This document shows positions 63,461 to 64,000 of a DNA stretch of 64,000 nucleotides, piece after piece. This DNA is from Harriotta raleighana (taxonomy: Eukaryota). The first letter of the stretch is position 1. Each line of letters begins with the position of its first letter. Both the position numbers and the translations under genes were made by a program. Below the pieces are notes generated by a model, which was not told where the DNA came from, did not search any database, and saw only the letters and a list, made by a program, of their open reading frames with translations. The stretch lies in contig JBNZDD010013686.1 of assembly GCA_050575255.1 (NCBI GenBank), forward strand, positions 2,299,155-2,363,154. The letters run 5' to 3'.

Positions 63461-64000
63461 AACTAATAGCATTGTACAGCAGTATAAAACGGTAACTAAA
63501 TATACTAAATTAAGATGAATATTCATGAATGTTGTTAATCTGTGCATATATTGTAAACTGCCAATTGTGAAAGTAATTTTTTAATTGGTCTGGATTATAA
63601 TCCATCAAAATTTGCCTTTGACAAATGAACTATCAAAACATTCACTGCATTTAATATGTTGTACACATTAACGCGTCTTTGTCAGAGATAAATATCTAAT
63701 CAAATACATAATTAATCACATTGTAAACAGGGTTGTTAGAGCAAAAAATTAAATGTATCAATTCATCAGAAGCAGTGATAAATTATATGTTTCAACTCAG
63801 CAAAGTACTTAATTATGGCAGTAAAATTTATACAAATGAATGCAACATTACGTGAATACCAGGACTTATAATAAAGATTTGGCTGGTTGGATCTTTGGCT
63901 CAGTTGATCTTTTCTGATTGTTTTCCTACGTAGAAAGAGACAGGCTGCTTCGAAAGAAAACTGATGTGAAACACTACGATGTTTCAATGTAAAGATTACA

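Noticed and set aside
3785-63987. ORF-track ORFs as host genes (e.g. 18169-18702, 52843-53352, 60183-60590)
   Set aside because: Short, low-complexity, no recognisable domains; recurring peptides such as NIQSIHFTVYSVK and QIYSQFTLQYIL are just SINE translations

Overview
AT-rich, CpG-depleted vertebrate non-coding DNA (a large intron or gene desert) with two assembly gaps (58920-59675, 62646-63090). I can support no host protein-coding exon, rRNA, true tRNA or CRISPR array. The only ORFs with recognisable homology are retrotransposon remnants (CR1 and L2 ORF2). The repeat landscape has: about 15 copies of one tRNA-derived SINE with a Deu-like core and an L2-type 3' stem-loop ending in (TTA)n; older SacSINE1-like DeuSINEs; a third ancient SINE; CR1 fragments ending in (ATCTATGA)n; L2 fragments ending in (GTT)n, including many 50-70 bp tail-only inserts; and a Penelope-type micro-insert. 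This points to a cartilaginous fish, most likely a chimaera such as Callorhinchus milii (inference from remembered repeat sequences, no search run). I see no clear new multi-gene system. The best leads are a pre-miRNA-sized hairpin at 24.6 kb, a covarying 3' stem-loop shared by SINE and L2 tails, micro-insertions with intact target-site duplications, recurrent 5'-junction duplications, a close inverted SINE pair, a divergent CTCF motif pair, a candidate 12-nt microexon and several enhancer-like motif clusters.
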